A stretch of DNA of 63,865 nucleotides from Octopus sinensis (GCF_006345805.1 NW_021831841.1:1-63865); one strand, 5' to 3'. Positions 12,086 to 25,706 are shown, numbered from the stretch's first letter. Numbers and translations: made by a program. The notes: a model not told the origin generated them from the letters alone.

Positions 12086-12374
12086 CATAGGAAAAGGAAA
12101 GATCCAGAGAAGGGAAAACGGAGGAAAAAAAATCGCCAACGGTATACACGCGGTCACATGCATATATGGGTACAGGATGTCATTAACGATGCAAATAACA
12201 TGAAATACGTGAACAAACGTGGGAAAAACGTGTGAAATACGTAAACAACGAGAATAAATGGAAAACAGGACAAGTTAACACAGAGAACAGACCCTTCAAC
12301 GTTTATCTGTTGTTTATCCTACTCCTTTCAAGCATTGATATATATATATATGATATATCTATATATATATAATC

Positions 12375-12440
<66 letters not shown>

Positions 12441-12461
12441 GATATATATATATATATTACT

Positions 12462-12942
12462 ATGTTGAAGTAAATCGAACGGCTTTTGTGTGTTTCTTAA
12501 ATGGCTTACAAACACCTTCCACGCTGTCAATTGTTTTCGTTTCACAGCACACGATCTCAGATCAAATCACTTGGCTATGCGAGTACATCTCCGTATATTA
12601 TATAATATATATATATATATATATAATATTATATATATATTATATATAAACTTAAATGTTGAAGTAAATCGAACGGCTTTTGTGTGTTTCTTAAATGGCT
12701 TACAACACCTTCCACGCTGCAATTGTTTTCGTTTCAGCACACGATCTCAGATCAAATCACTTGCTATGCAAGTACACCTCCGTATATATATATATATATA
12801 TATATATAACTTAAATGTTGAAGTAAATCGAACGGCTTTTGTTGTTTCTTAATGGCTTCAACACACCTTCCACGCTGCAATTGTTTTCGTTTCAGCACAC
12901 GATCTCAGATCAAATCACTTGCTATGCGAGTACATCTCCGTA
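12462..12942 (+). repeat. Three tandem units of about 135 bp separated by (TA)n
   Basis: Units at 12462-12595, 12649-12784 and 12808-12942. Confidence 0.9.
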
Positions 12943-14140
12943 TATATATATATATATATATATATCGGTACACTCACGCACCTGTATATATAAATGTATA
13001 TGTTGAGACACATAAACTTAGTTGAACGTATGCACACTAAATAAATTAAAACCCTTGTTGTTTTTAGACTTTTAAACATCCCTTGAAGAAGATTTTCGTC
13101 AGCTAACGCCATGAGTAATCCCATTTAATAGTGAGCTTTTCAATTCACTGTATTACATATGTAATTCCCTACTGTATTATTGTTTTCGTATGCAGAGGCC
13201 CTCCTCTGCGTTATATTCCTCGTTACAAAAGAAATGTGAGCCCACCCACGCCAGCACGAACGCACACGCGCGCGCGAGCCCATGCACGAACGCATGCACA
13301 TGTAAACACACCCACGCACACATGCAGGCCCCATTGCATACACATGCATACATATGCACAGACAAAAGCAACGCACCTCTTTTTATTTTGAATTGGGACT
13401 GGGTGACGGTGATGGGGGGTTGGAGTAGTATCGTGAGAAAAAACAGGTTTGTCGAAAATCATTATTCCTCCCACTACCACCACCATTAACCCTACAACTC
13501 TTATTAGCATCATCATCAACGCCCTCCTCCTCATCCCCTCACCCCCTTCTTACTCATTATCACTATGCCAGAGTCATGATGTCATGTAAAAAACTTTCTA
13601 CGTCATGCACTTCAGTCGTCGAGATATTTGCATTCAACTCATTTACAAGCTCTCTCTTTCTCACACAGGCGCACACATTCATGTTAATAATAAGCTTATA
13701 ACTCATCTTTCTCCCTCTCGGTATATATTTATACATACATAAATATATAAATACAGTGTGCATTTAAACATATATCTTTAATCTAAGGTGTACCTGCTGA
13801 AGAAAACTCCGCCTAGCAAATTATTTTATTTGCTAAAAAATGTCTGAAACCATTAAGATAGTAAATGTATGAAACCAGTAAGATAGTAAATGTTTTTTAT
13901 TTTTCATTCCCTTCAAAATTTTATCCCTAATAGTTGTTTAGAATTTAACTGTTCTATCTAGCGTGCAAGGAGTTCTATGATGGATTCCTCTTATGTGTTT
14001 AAATATACACTGTATTTATATGAATAATATATAATCTCTTGACTAAATTTTTACACGCTAGGCCATGGTAATGGAAATTTCTAATATTTCTGATTGACCT
14101 TTGATATTATTAATTACATAAATATGTATGTATATATATC

Positions 14141-14515
14141 GTGGCACTCCGTCGGTTACGACGACGAGGGTTCCAGTTGATCCGATCAACGGAACAACCT
14201 GTTCGTGAAATTAACGTGCAAGTGGCTGAGGACTCGACAGACACGTGTACCCTTAACGTAGTTCTCGAGGAGATTCAGCGTGACACAGAGTGTGATGAGG
14301 CTGGCCCTTTGAAATACAGGTACAACAGAAACAGGAAAAAAGAGTGAGAAAAAGTTGTGATGAAAGAGTACAGCAGGTGTCGCTACCACCTCCTGCCGGA
14401 GTCTCGTGGAACTTTAAGTGTTTTCGCTCAATAAATACTCACAACGTCTGGTCTGGGAATCGAAGCCACGATCCTACGACCGCGTGCCCTAACCACTGGG
14501 TGAATGCGTCTCCAC
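14141..14515 (-). mobile_element. SINE-B (tRNA-derived head gtggaggcgcaatggcccagtggttaggg, about 375 bp)
   Basis: A/B boxes and shared body. Partial copies at 80-179(+), 31420-31600(-), 62538-62735(+). Confidence 0.85.
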
Positions 14516-14517
14516 AG

Positions 14518-14563
<46 letters not shown>

Positions 14564-14621
14564 CTGCGTGTGTATATATATATATATATACACACACACA
14601 TATAACATATACATAAATGTG

Positions 14622-14653
<32 letters not shown>

Positions 14654-14654
14654 T

Positions 14655-14692
<38 letters not shown>

Positions 14693-15928
14693 TCATACAT
14701 ACACACGCGTACATATATATATATACACATGTGTTGCATCTATTTTGTAGTCTGGGTCTCATCAGACACACCCATACATTACATAAAGTTGTGTCTCGCT
14801 AAATATCCTGAGTTTTGGCTGTCATGTTGTCATATGCTCGTCTACTTAAGGAATGAAACATTGCTACAATTTTCAATTACTTATCTTTCTTTAATGAGAG
14901 TTGCAAACACTTGTAAATATAGACAAATAATTGTTGATGAAAAACAAAATGTAGGGGAAGTTAAGGGATGGACAGGGATGGATTGAGTTATGAGAACGAA
15001 TGTAGATAGAACCGACTGGACAGGTACCGGCCGTACACATGCAAACAAAAACCTGACAATCTATGCTCATGTACGGAACATTCGAAATGTCCACTGGGTA
15101 ACCAATGCAAGACCTGAAATGTCGTTTACAAGTGGACCGCTAATACTAGAGGAGGTCCCTACCTATGTATCTGTGCATCGGTTGATATTTTAAAAAATAG
15201 GTATAGAAACCACATTGCCAGCTTTCGGAACTGAAGAAGGGGAATATTCCTTGTGTTGTATGTCTTGAACTTTGTTCTTTTTTCGTTGTTTGAAAAAAAG
15301 TTCGTTTCCATGTTTTTGTTTTTATGTTTTCGTTTCTCACTTTGTTCAACGTTTTTTTGATGTTCTGTACCCATATATGCATGTATATATACATATAGAT
15401 GTAGGTATGTACATATATTTATGTATATATGCATATATTTATATATTATTTACGTTATTATATGATCGAACGCCACGCATCCTTTCCCAAGTAAGTTATA
15501 TATATATATATATATATACATACATATATATGACGGACTTCTTTTAGTTTCAGTCATGCAAATCCACTCAGAGGCTTTGGTTGGCCCGAGGCTATAGTAG
15601 AAGACACTTGCCCAAGGTGCCACGCAGGGAGACTGAACTCGGAATCATGTGGTTGGTAAGCAAGCTACTTACCCCACAACCACTCCTACGCTTACATTAA
15701 TGGATGGACAGGGATATATATATATATATACATGTATGTGTGTGTTTATCCTCCCAACATCGCTTGACAACCGATGTTGGTGCGTTTACGTCCTCGTAAC
15801 TTAGCGGTTCGCCAAAGAGAGCGACAGAATAAGTACTAGACTTACAAAGAATAAGTCCTGGGCTTGATTTGTTCGACTAAAGGCGGTGCTCCAAGCATGG
15901 CCGCAGTCAAATGACTGAAACAAGTAAA

Positions 15929-15970
<42 letters not shown>

Positions 15971-16347
15971 ACTCCCCGTCGTTAGACGGCAGATGAGCTT
16001 TGTCTAATTTCTTGTTGAACAATCACTCAGATGTTTTGTTTTTTTAGTGATCAAAGTGTTTGCTTACTCCCTCCATCAAATCGACACAGTCTGTGCAGGT
16101 ATACAAGTGCGCTACACGTCAGAGGTCGAAACGATTGCAAAGCAGTGGGTGATGAAGTGTTTTGCTGAAGAAAGCAACATACCACCCGATCTGGTGAGTC
16201 GAAATCACGATAGCGAAATAGTGAGTTAAACACCTAACTAGGTCGTGTGTCTTTCACCGCACAAACACACGCACGCATATATATTTATATTTATATATAT
16301 ATATATATATATAGAATCTATATATATATCTATATATATATATATAG

Positions 16348-16388
<41 letters not shown>

Positions 16389-16439
16389 ATATATATATTA
16401 TATATATATTATATATATTATATATATTATATATATATA

Positions 16440-16845
16440 TCTTTGATTCTTTTGTTTGTTTCAGTCATTTAACTGCGGTCATGCAGGACCATCGCCCTTA
16501 GTTGAACAGATCGACACCAAGACTTATTGCTTGTGAGCCTTGTACTTATTCTATCGCTCTCTTTTGTCGAACCGCTAATGTTACGAGGACGTAAATGCAC
16601 CAACATCGGTTATCAAGTGATGGTAGAGGGATGGACAAACAGATGCACAAAGATATACACACAGATGTACATATATATATATGTATACGACGGGCTTCTT
16701 TCAGTTTCCGTGTAACAAATCCATTCACAAGGCTTTGATGGGCCCAAGGATATAGCAGAAGACACCTGCCCAAGGTACCACGCAGTGGGACTGAACCCTG
16801 AACCATGTGGCTGGTAAGCAAGCTACTTCCCACACATTTACTCCT
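16440..16845 (-). mobile_element. SINE-A
   Basis: Collinear with 1406-1822. Confidence 0.85.
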
Positions 16846-17318
16846 ATATATATATATATATATGTGGGTGTGTGTTGTGTGTGTGTGTGTGCGTGTGTAT
16901 GTGCATGTGTGTGTGCGTGCGTGTGTGTATGCGTGAGTGAGTGCGTGTGTCTCTGATACTGTTTTACTTATATTTTCAAATGACCGTTATAGCCTTTAGT
17001 TATAGTTAATATCTAACTTGACTTACATTTCTTTCTCATAAAGATAAATATGAATGTCCTTCCTCAAGTTCATTATAAATTTTCCTTGTACTTCCTACAC
17101 TGAAGAGTACATTGATATATATAAATAATTAATTAGTTTAATTAATTTAATCTAATTCAATTCAATCATAAATTTGCATGATTTTTATATCTCTGTACGA
17201 AACGATCGTCTGCATGAATTAAAATTCTCTTATATATTTAAAAAAAAACTTGTCTTCTCCATTTTAAACTAAATTGATGAGTTTTATGGGATTTTTTCCA
17301 TAAATTCCCCATACATCA

Positions 17319-17390
<72 letters not shown>

Positions 17391-17417
17391 ATCTATCTAT
17401 CTATCTATCTATCTATC

Positions 17418-17481
<64 letters not shown>

Positions 17482-17530
17482 CATACATACTATATACACA
17501 CACATATATTTTTATATGCTTGTATGTATG

Positions 17531-17573
<43 letters not shown>

Positions 17574-17828
17574 TATTATATATAATATGTATAGTTAAAT
17601 TTTGTATTTGGGCAAAGGCGAGGAGGCTGAATCTTTAGCACGGGGAAACGTGCTTAGCATCATTTCTTTTGTCATTAAGTTCTGAGTTCAAATCTTCCCA
17701 TCTCAGTTTTGCCTGTCATCCATCCTGGCTAGATGAAATAGTATCAGTTGAGCAAAGGGCTCGCTGTAATCGACTTACCACTTCCACAATACACTTGCCT
17801 TGTGCTAAAGTTTGAAATCAAATTTTTG

Positions 17829-18270
17829 GGATCTTTTCGGTTTGAACGGCAGTTTTTTCATATGAAATTGGCACCCATAATTATGACCCTAGTATCGATC
17901 TATTGCATTTCAATCTGTTTTAGGGTTAGGGTTAGTTAGGGTTAGTTGGGGTTAGGGTTAGGGTTAAGGGTGGGGGGAAGGGTATCTTTTTTCTTCACAA
18001 ATGTAAATAAACCCAATCTGTTTCTTAAACGAGGGACATATTCATACGGCACAGAATGTTTTTTTTACCCCAATAGACGTATTTGATTGGTTGAAATTGC
18101 AGAAATTGAAGAAAAAAACAACAACAAATATCTTACAAACTATAGAATTTTCTCAATAAAGCCAAGAGAAAAAGATGTTTTATAAACACATTCTACCAGT
18201 ATACGAAGTTTAAAATTTCTTAGTTACCTAGAAATTATGTTAAAAACTGCCGTTCAAACCGAAAAGATCC
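17829..18270. mobile_element. Merlin-like MITE, 28-bp TIR (GGATCTTTTCGGTTTGAACGGCAGTTTT), 8-bp TSD AATTTTTG, internal TTAGGG array
   Basis: TIRs and TSD read directly; GG termini with an 8-bp TSD fit Merlin/IS1016. Confidence 0.8.
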
Positions 18271-18499
18271 AATTTTTGTTCTTAGCCGATGCAATAATTC
18301 TAAACTGCAGTGTAGTACTAATGCCATCCTAGCCTCTGATAATTCATGTGATACTAATCACATGAAAGAATTAAGGAATTGAAGTGACGCACTGTCTCTC
18401 TCACTGTTTGTTATTGTGCGCCCACACACACACACATACACACACACACACACACACAACACACACACACACACACACACACGCGCATATACGTAAATA

Positions 18500-18830
18500 C
18501 AAGATGGCTGCCGACTCGCTGACAACCTTATTTCTGCGATTTCTTATTGTTGTCTTTCATTGACCATGGGATTGCCAATGGCTTTTAAAAATAGCGAGTG
18601 ACTCGCACATTTTGTTGAGAAATGCGGCATCATTATTCATGGGTTGCAATTAGCTGCTCGTTCTGAACGGCACTTCAGTTGTGCACTTTCATGTCCTACG
18701 TGAGTCGAGATCAGCTGGAAAATTCCCAGCCACATCATGGATCAGCTCCTAAGAATTCATTGTATTCAACACGCGGCCTTTCAAAGTTCTTGCGTATGTG
18801 ATTTGTGAGGCGAGCTCTGGGGAAGCAAAC
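18500..18830 (-). pseudogene. Probable 3' end of an RTE-like LINE with degenerate C2H2-like zinc fingers
   Basis: Broken frames give VCFPRARLTNHIRK, CGWEFSS*SRLT*DMKVH and CRI/NKMCESLA/FKSHWQSHG; followed by a short UTR and a (TG)n tail. Confidence 0.45.
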
Positions 18831-19012
18831 TTTGTGACACAGTGTCACAAAGCTGGCCCTTTGAAATACAAGTACTACTCATTTTTGCCAGCTGCGCAGA
18901 CCGGAGCAATATGAAATAAAGTGTCTTGCTCAAGGACACAACGCGCTGCCGGGAATTGAGCTCACGACTTTACGATCGTGGGCCGAATGACCTAACCACT
19001 AAGCCACGCGCC

Positions 19013-19051
<39 letters not shown>

Positions 19052-19058
19052 TCTGTGC

Positions 19059-19120
<62 letters not shown>

Positions 19121-19657
19121 ATATCTATCTATATATATATATATATAATACATGTGTGTGTGTGTGTGTGTGCATGTATATATGTATGTATCCACACATA
19201 CACTCCTAGAACAATGGTTTCGATTTCCCATACTTCAGCATCCTATTTCACTGAAAGACGTTTTACAAACGCCCTCCCTCACCATTTGCATGTTTCCCAA
19301 ACCAAAGAGAAGCTAATACTGCGCCGTGGTATATCATCCATTTTTTCTCAACTATCCCAACCCAGCATGACTCTCTCTTTAGATATGTAGATTAGTAACC
19401 ACTATGCTAAATTTCAATAGAAATTACCATAAAAGGCTAGGTATTGTACTGGCTTCAAATTTTGGCACAAGGCCAGCAAGTTCGTGGGGGTGGGGGAAGT
19501 CGATTTAAATGCTTCTTATGTTATCGACCCCGAAAGGATGAAAGCCAAAAGCGACCTTGGCGGTGTTTGAACTCAGAACGTAAAAACGGACGAAATGCTG
19601 CTAGGCATTTTTGTCCGGAGTGCTAACGATTCTGCCAGCTCGCCTTCTTACAGAATT

Positions 19658-19910
19658 TCGAGAGGACAGAATCTCGTATCTTGTCTCTAAGAACTGCAAC
19701 CCCACCTCTGTGGTAAAGGTGTGCCATTCTCAAGTTGCCCCAGTACACCGCGCCGTAAAGAAGTACGACAATGTAGGAATACAGTTCTATATTTAAGAGA
19801 TGAGGAATTATGTACATTATTTACATTATTTACATTTGACAGAAATTTGTCCTCATCTTGTTTGTTGTTAACACAACGTTTCGGCTGATACACCCTCCAG
19901 CCTTCATCAG
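19658..19910 (-). mobile_element. Hammerhead-bearing Penelope-like repeat, family P copy 1 (core 19870-19910; stem I 5' strand lost)
   Basis: CTGATGA-a-GGCTG(gagggtgtat)CAGCC-GAAA-CGTT/GTGTT. Confidence 0.7.
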
Positions 19911-20125
19911 TTTTATGAAACAGGACATTACTGCCTTATCAATCATATTTCTGTTCATTGATAGAAACATGTCCGAATTATGATATTCTACCAGGATCTC
20001 TCGATTCTGTTAAGAAGTCTGAAAGAGAAAAAATAAAGTTAAACTTATCTCATGACGTATAACACTATGTTGTTTTGTTTTCCATTTAGGTCTACTAAGA
20101 CTATACTCACAAATACCAGCGCACC

Positions 20126-20197
<72 letters not shown>

Positions 20198-20255
20198 AGA
20201 TCTATCTGTCTGTCTGTCTGTCTCTCTGTCTGTCTATCTATCTATATGTCAATCT

Positions 20256-20289
<34 letters not shown>

Positions 20290-20310
20290 CTGTCCGTCCG
20301 TCCATCCGTC

Positions 20311-20353
<43 letters not shown>

Positions 20354-20443
20354 AGGTTCTGTCTGTCTGTGTCTGTCTGTCTGTTTGTCTGTCCGTTCGT
20401 CCGTCAGTCTGTCTGTCTGTCTGTCTATCTGTCTATTTTTCTG

Positions 20444-20524
<81 letters not shown>

Positions 20525-20697
20525 TTGTCTGTCTGTCTGTCTGTCCGTTCAGTTTGTGTCATCTAAAGTATTTATTACATGAAAACTGATGAATCGGTAT
20601 ATTAAGTTCCATTTATTTGGTTACTTAAGAAATCTTGCGCTAAACGTAAGTAACAGACACCCTCACGAACATACGTACACACACATACACACGCACG

Positions 20698-20732
<35 letters not shown>

Positions 20733-20847
20733 CCACACACATGTATATAAAAATGTGTGCGTGTATATATGTATGTCTGGCTTTTTTCTGAGTGCGCGAG
20801 AGTTGTGTGTATTAATGTGTATGTGCGTGTGTGTGTGGGGGGGGGGG

Positions 20848-21111
20848 GGCGATCGTTCGGTACAAGTACCATAACTGCCAACTATAAACCCACATGGGTT
20901 TATTTACATTTCTGAAGAAAAAAAGAAACCCTTTTCCTCCACCCCTAACACTAACCCTAACTCTGACCCTAACCCAAACCCTAATACTAACCCTAACCCA
21001 AACCCTAACCTCACATATATAAAAAAAAAAGAACTTTACGGAAAGTGACGATCTTCTTCAAATGTAAACAAACAGACTTGGCAGTTGTGGTACTTGTACC
21101 GAAAGATCGCC
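20848..21111. mobile_element. Related MITE with about 33-bp TIR (GGCGATC-TTCGGTACAAGTACCA-AACTGCCA) and internal (CCCTAA)n-like array
   Basis: TIRs at both ends; shares the internal GGGTGG..AAGGG..AAATGTAAATAAACCCA segment with the previous family; TSD unreadable in microsatellite. Confidence 0.7.
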
Positions 21112-21229
21112 GTGTATGTGTGTGTGTTTGTACAGCACGTAAATATGAAGTCACTTTGAAACAAATATATATAGATACATACAAGCAATTACACATAACC
21201 GTGCATACACAACCTGATCTTAACATTAC

Positions 21230-21608
21230 CCGAGTGGCCCAGTGGTTAGGGCAGCGGACTCGCGGTCATAGGATCGCGGTTTCGATTCCCAGACCGGGCG
21301 TTGTGAGTGTTTATTGACCGAAAACACCTAAAAGCTCCACGACGCTCCGGCAGGGGATGGTGGTGATCCCTGCTGTACTCTTTCACCACAACTTTCTCTC
21401 ACTCTTACTTCCTGTTTCTGTTGTACCTGTATTTCAAGGGGCCGGCCTTGTCACTCTCTGTGTCACGCTGAATATCCCCGAGAACTACGTTAAGAGTGCA
21501 CGTGTCTGTGGAGTGCTCAGTCACTTACACGTTAATTTCACGAGCAGGCTGTTCCGTTGATTCGGATCAACCGGAACCCTCATCGTCGTAACCGACGGAG
21601 TGCTTCCA
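21230..21608 (+). mobile_element. SINE-B
   Basis: Collinear with the other copies. Confidence 0.9.
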
Positions 21609-21692
21609 TCCAGTAGCTGCCTGACATTATAAACTTCCACAGGAAATACTTGAGCCAGGACTGATGGCTCAGTAGACACAATAAATAATCAA

Positions 21693-21975
21693 TCGAGAGG
21701 ACAGGATCTCGTATCTTGTTTCTAAGAACCGCACCCCCACCTCTGTGGTAAAGGTGTGCCATTCTCAAGTTACCCCAGTGCACTGCGCCGTAAAGAAGTA
21801 CGACAATGTAGGAATACAGTTCTATATTTATGAGATGAGGAATTATGTACATTATTTACATTATTTACATTTGACGAATATTTGTCCTCATCTTGTTATG
21901 TTGTTAACACAATGTTTCAGCTGATATACCCTCCAGCCTTCGTCAGGTGTCTTGGGGAAATTTCGAACCTGGCAT
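21693..21975 (-). mobile_element. Family P copy 2 (hammerhead 21906-21951 with CpG-decay lesions)
   Basis: GACAC-CTGACGA-a-GGCTG(gagggtatat)CAGCT-GAAA-CATT/GTGTT; collinear with 19658-19910. Confidence 0.7.
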
Positions 21976-22040
21976 ATGGCGTAGTGGTTAAGATCGCGGG
22001 CTATTAACCCCAAGATTCCGAGTTCGATTCAAGGTAGTGA

Positions 22041-22050
<10 letters not shown>
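21976..22050 (+). mobile_element. tRNA-derived SINE head with A and B boxes, followed by (AAT)n
   Basis: TGGCGTAGTGG ... GAGTTCGATTC; no acceptor stem. Confidence 0.6.
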
Positions 22051-22094
<44 letters not shown>

Positions 22095-22123
22095 TATATA
22101 TGATGATGATGATGATAATAATG

Positions 22124-22179
<56 letters not shown>

Positions 22180-22180
<1 letters not shown>

Positions 22181-22692
22181 CTTAACTGATTGGAAGTGTT
22201 ATCATGTACATTGTTTTGTCTTGGTATAAAAGATGGGCTACGGCAAATATTCTGCTCAATACCACAGATTTGCTTGTCAGTTGTTTGACCATAACCAGTT
22301 GAGCATGTCCCTTAGTGGCTGACGATATGTGCATCTCTGATCACGAGCAGAAGTAGTGGGGGAGCATCATGGCCATGTGTTGAGGGGGATTCTTTAGGGT
22401 TTGAATAATTCACCTTTGGAAACATGGGTGTTTCGTTCAACATCCTTAAACAACCCTTATTCAGGGGCCTTTTGAGCAGGATGGGTTACTCGACCAGAAG
22501 AAAATTCTATCTGGGCCCCACCTGCAAGGTCATGTGCTGTTTATCTTGATACGAGATCACCATGTCGTGCACATATGGTTGTGATGCATGTGCCTAATGT
22601 ACCCTTATTAGACGGGTAGTCATGATGGGTATACTGGGCTTCATATATTTTACCCCAGTGTACCTTTGATGGCTTGCACTGCTTTCTCACTC

Positions 22693-22700
<8 letters not shown>
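22180..22700 (+). mobile_element. Interspersed element of about 520 bp embedded in (AAT)n
   Basis: Homologous to the two inverted copies at 51205-52345; ends ctttctcactc-aataataat. Confidence 0.8.
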
Positions 22701-22765
<65 letters not shown>

Positions 22766-22769
22766 GCTT

Positions 22770-22910
22770 CGAAAAATACCTTAGGAATGAGAACCTAGGT
22801 TCGAAATTTTCCCAAGACACCTGAAGAAATTTGGAGGGTATACCAGCCGAAACGTTGTGTTAACAACAAACAAAATGAGGACAAATATCCGTCAAATGTA
22901 AATAATGTAA
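22770..22910 (+). mobile_element. Family P copy 3 (hammerhead 22816-22861, stem II damaged), inverted relative to copy 2
   Basis: GACAC-CTGAAGA-aatttg-gagggtatac-CAGCC-GAAA-CGTT/GTGTT. Confidence 0.7.
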
Positions 22911-23499
22911 TGTAGGAATAATTCACTGTTCTATGCAAAGTCTTAAGCAGAACATTATGAGAATGTTTCAGGGATTCACTAAGTTGAGGTAATTCCTAGA
23001 TACGCATTCCAAAGAAGGCGATTTCGATATAACCGGGCTACCTGCTAGAAAGAACAACCAAGTACCATCAAAACACACACTAATGCTGCAAAAGGTGAAA
23101 AGAAAATAATAGGAAGGACAAACAATTTGCAAAAAGCAGCAACGAGTTGACTCTTAAATCGCCATTTACCATCTTGAATAGTGAAAGGAAGATGCATCGG
23201 ATATTTTATATACGCCATAAAGGTCATGGCTGGAGAAGCCTTTGTTCGCGGGTCTGCTTGGTGATCGTTGATGTGATATTAAAAGAAGAAAAATAATTAC
23301 AATTCTACAAAGTAAACTCTATTGTGTGTATTGAGAAGCATCAGAATCTTCGTGTTTGGAGGTTGTCCAGCACACATCCCAACTCCTTTCTTCCCAACTT
23401 CTTGTCCATCTTCCCCATCTCCTACATCTCTTCCACCCCCTCCTCTTTCCCCACCTCCTCCAATTTCTCCACCTCGTCTTCCCCCCTCTTCCTCGACGT

Positions 23500-23607
23500 T
23501 GTAGTATCATCTTTGTCGTCGTCGTCGTCGTCGTCCTCCTCCTCCTCATCCTCTTAATCATCATCACCATTGTCATCATCATCACCACCACCACCACCAC
23601 CACTACC

Positions 23608-23641
<34 letters not shown>

Positions 23642-23885
23642 TCACCACCACCACCACCATCATCATCATCAGCATCACCACCACCACCACCATCATCATC
23701 ATCAGCATCACCACCACCACCACCACCACCACCATCATCACCACCACCACCACCACCACCACCATCATCACGACCACCACCACGACCACCACCACGACCA
23801 CCACCACGACCACCACTATCATCATCATCATCATCATCACCATCATCACCTTTATCATTATTAACATCTCCACCAACACTTGCTG

Positions 23886-23925
<40 letters not shown>

Positions 23926-23935
23926 CACTATAGCT
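23500..23935. repeat. Compound CAT/CAC/CGT/CTA trinucleotide array
   Basis: Direct reading. Confidence 0.95.
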
Positions 23936-24278
23936 GCTGCAGTGATCCTCGAGGAATAGAATTTCAACATCCTGTATACATTCTCTACAGTTAGTTCTGG
24001 CGTGCAATTCGCCGGTAGATTTTTGCCGTGTGAATGGTTTTAGTGTTTTGATTATCAGATTTATTTCTCCCGATGCCAAGCAGCTTATATCGCCATCCAT
24101 TGAGAACTTAGAGGGAAAGGTCGATAAGATACCCTCGACAGGAAGGTCATGTTTGGTACCAGTATTCGACTATCGATTCATTTCCTGCTTTCCTATCCTG
24201 AAGAATTTTCTACGCATGTGTGTGTATGTATGATGTATGTATGTATGTATATGTATGTGTGCATGTATGTATGTATAT

Positions 24279-24310
<32 letters not shown>

Positions 24311-24370
24311 TGTATGTATGTATGTATGTGTACGTATGTAAGCATGTATATATGTATGTATGTATGTGGA

Positions 24371-24443
<73 letters not shown>

Positions 24444-24516
24444 GTATACAACCACATACCTGCATACTATACATGCTTACATACGTACACTACATATATA
24501 TATATATATATATATA

Positions 24517-24589
<73 letters not shown>

Positions 24590-25366
24590 ACACACAAATG
24601 GCGGTGTGCTCAAAAGTTCCTGGCTTTAAGGTTTGCGCGAAAGGTCTTGTCGGGGGCCCACCCTTCCGAATTCTATTCCAGGGCTTATACAAATGACGGG
24701 CTTCTTTCAGTTTCCATCTACCAAATCCACTCACAAGGCTTTGGTCGGCCCGAGGGTATAGCAGAAGACACTTGCCCAAGATGCCACGCAGTAGCACTGA
24801 ACCCGGAACCGTGTGGTTGGCAAGCAAGCTACTTACCACACAGCCAGCCACTGCTGCTCATTGTCATCAACGCTTTAAGGAGTTTACCAATTTACCAGTT
24901 TACAGACCAATGAGAGAGCCATCACAACCGAGAGACACTTATCTTATATTTCAGAGACTGTGTATTCCCGAGTTTCATTTATTCGCATCATGATTTACGC
25001 TGCTGATCGTGGGAAAGAAACGAAAACTGTGACAGACCGACCGTTTCTTCATCCCTAAAACTTTCATGTCATCATGTAATGTCAATAAAGAAACCGATAT
25101 ATCTTGTGGGTGGGTAGATTATAGGTCGTATCAAATGAAGGGGATATTACGACATATTTCTGTCTTTGATGTAAGCCATGTCTTAGGGAATCCTATGACG
25201 ATGAACCTTCTGTTTGGCCCACGTTTGTGCGCGTGAATGTTTGAAGCATATTTCAGTAAATGATAGCATGACGATTACGTATGTATTTTGAGATTACAGC
25301 AACGAGTTCACGGCGTTAAACTCTCTTTTACCTCTTTTACACATGTATAAAGAAATACTTGTCATA

Positions 25367-25453
<87 letters not shown>

Positions 25454-25454
25454 A

Positions 25455-25539
<85 letters not shown>

Positions 25540-25706
25540 GCTTACCTACCTACCTACCAACCAACCTACCTACGTACCTACGTACCTACCTACATACCTA
25601 ATTACCTACCTACCTACCTATGTATCTCTCTGTCTCTCTGTATGTCTGTCTCTCTCTCTCTCTCTATCTATCTATCTACCTACCTAGCTACCTGTCTGTC
25701 TGACTG

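Noticed and set aside
13196-13235. Plus-strand 40-nt exon candidate, and a caggtgagt donor near 11527
   Set aside because: No supporting partner exons or recognisable peptide.
15231-15255. CTGAAGA plus hairpin resembling a hammerhead
   Set aside because: GAAA/stem III half is missing.
17920-17982. True telomere or chromosome-fusion site
   Set aside because: The array is short, degenerate and enclosed by TIRs and a TSD.
23045-23227. 60-aa hydrophobic ORF with a GCCATG start (minus)
   Set aside because: Hydrophobicity is expected from T-rich DNA; no homology recognised and conflicting splice signals. Worth an RNA-seq glance only.
23319-23994. Poly-T/V/G/P ORFs (also 50813-52801 and the many YI/LSIY ORFs)
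   Set aside because: Microsatellite artefacts.
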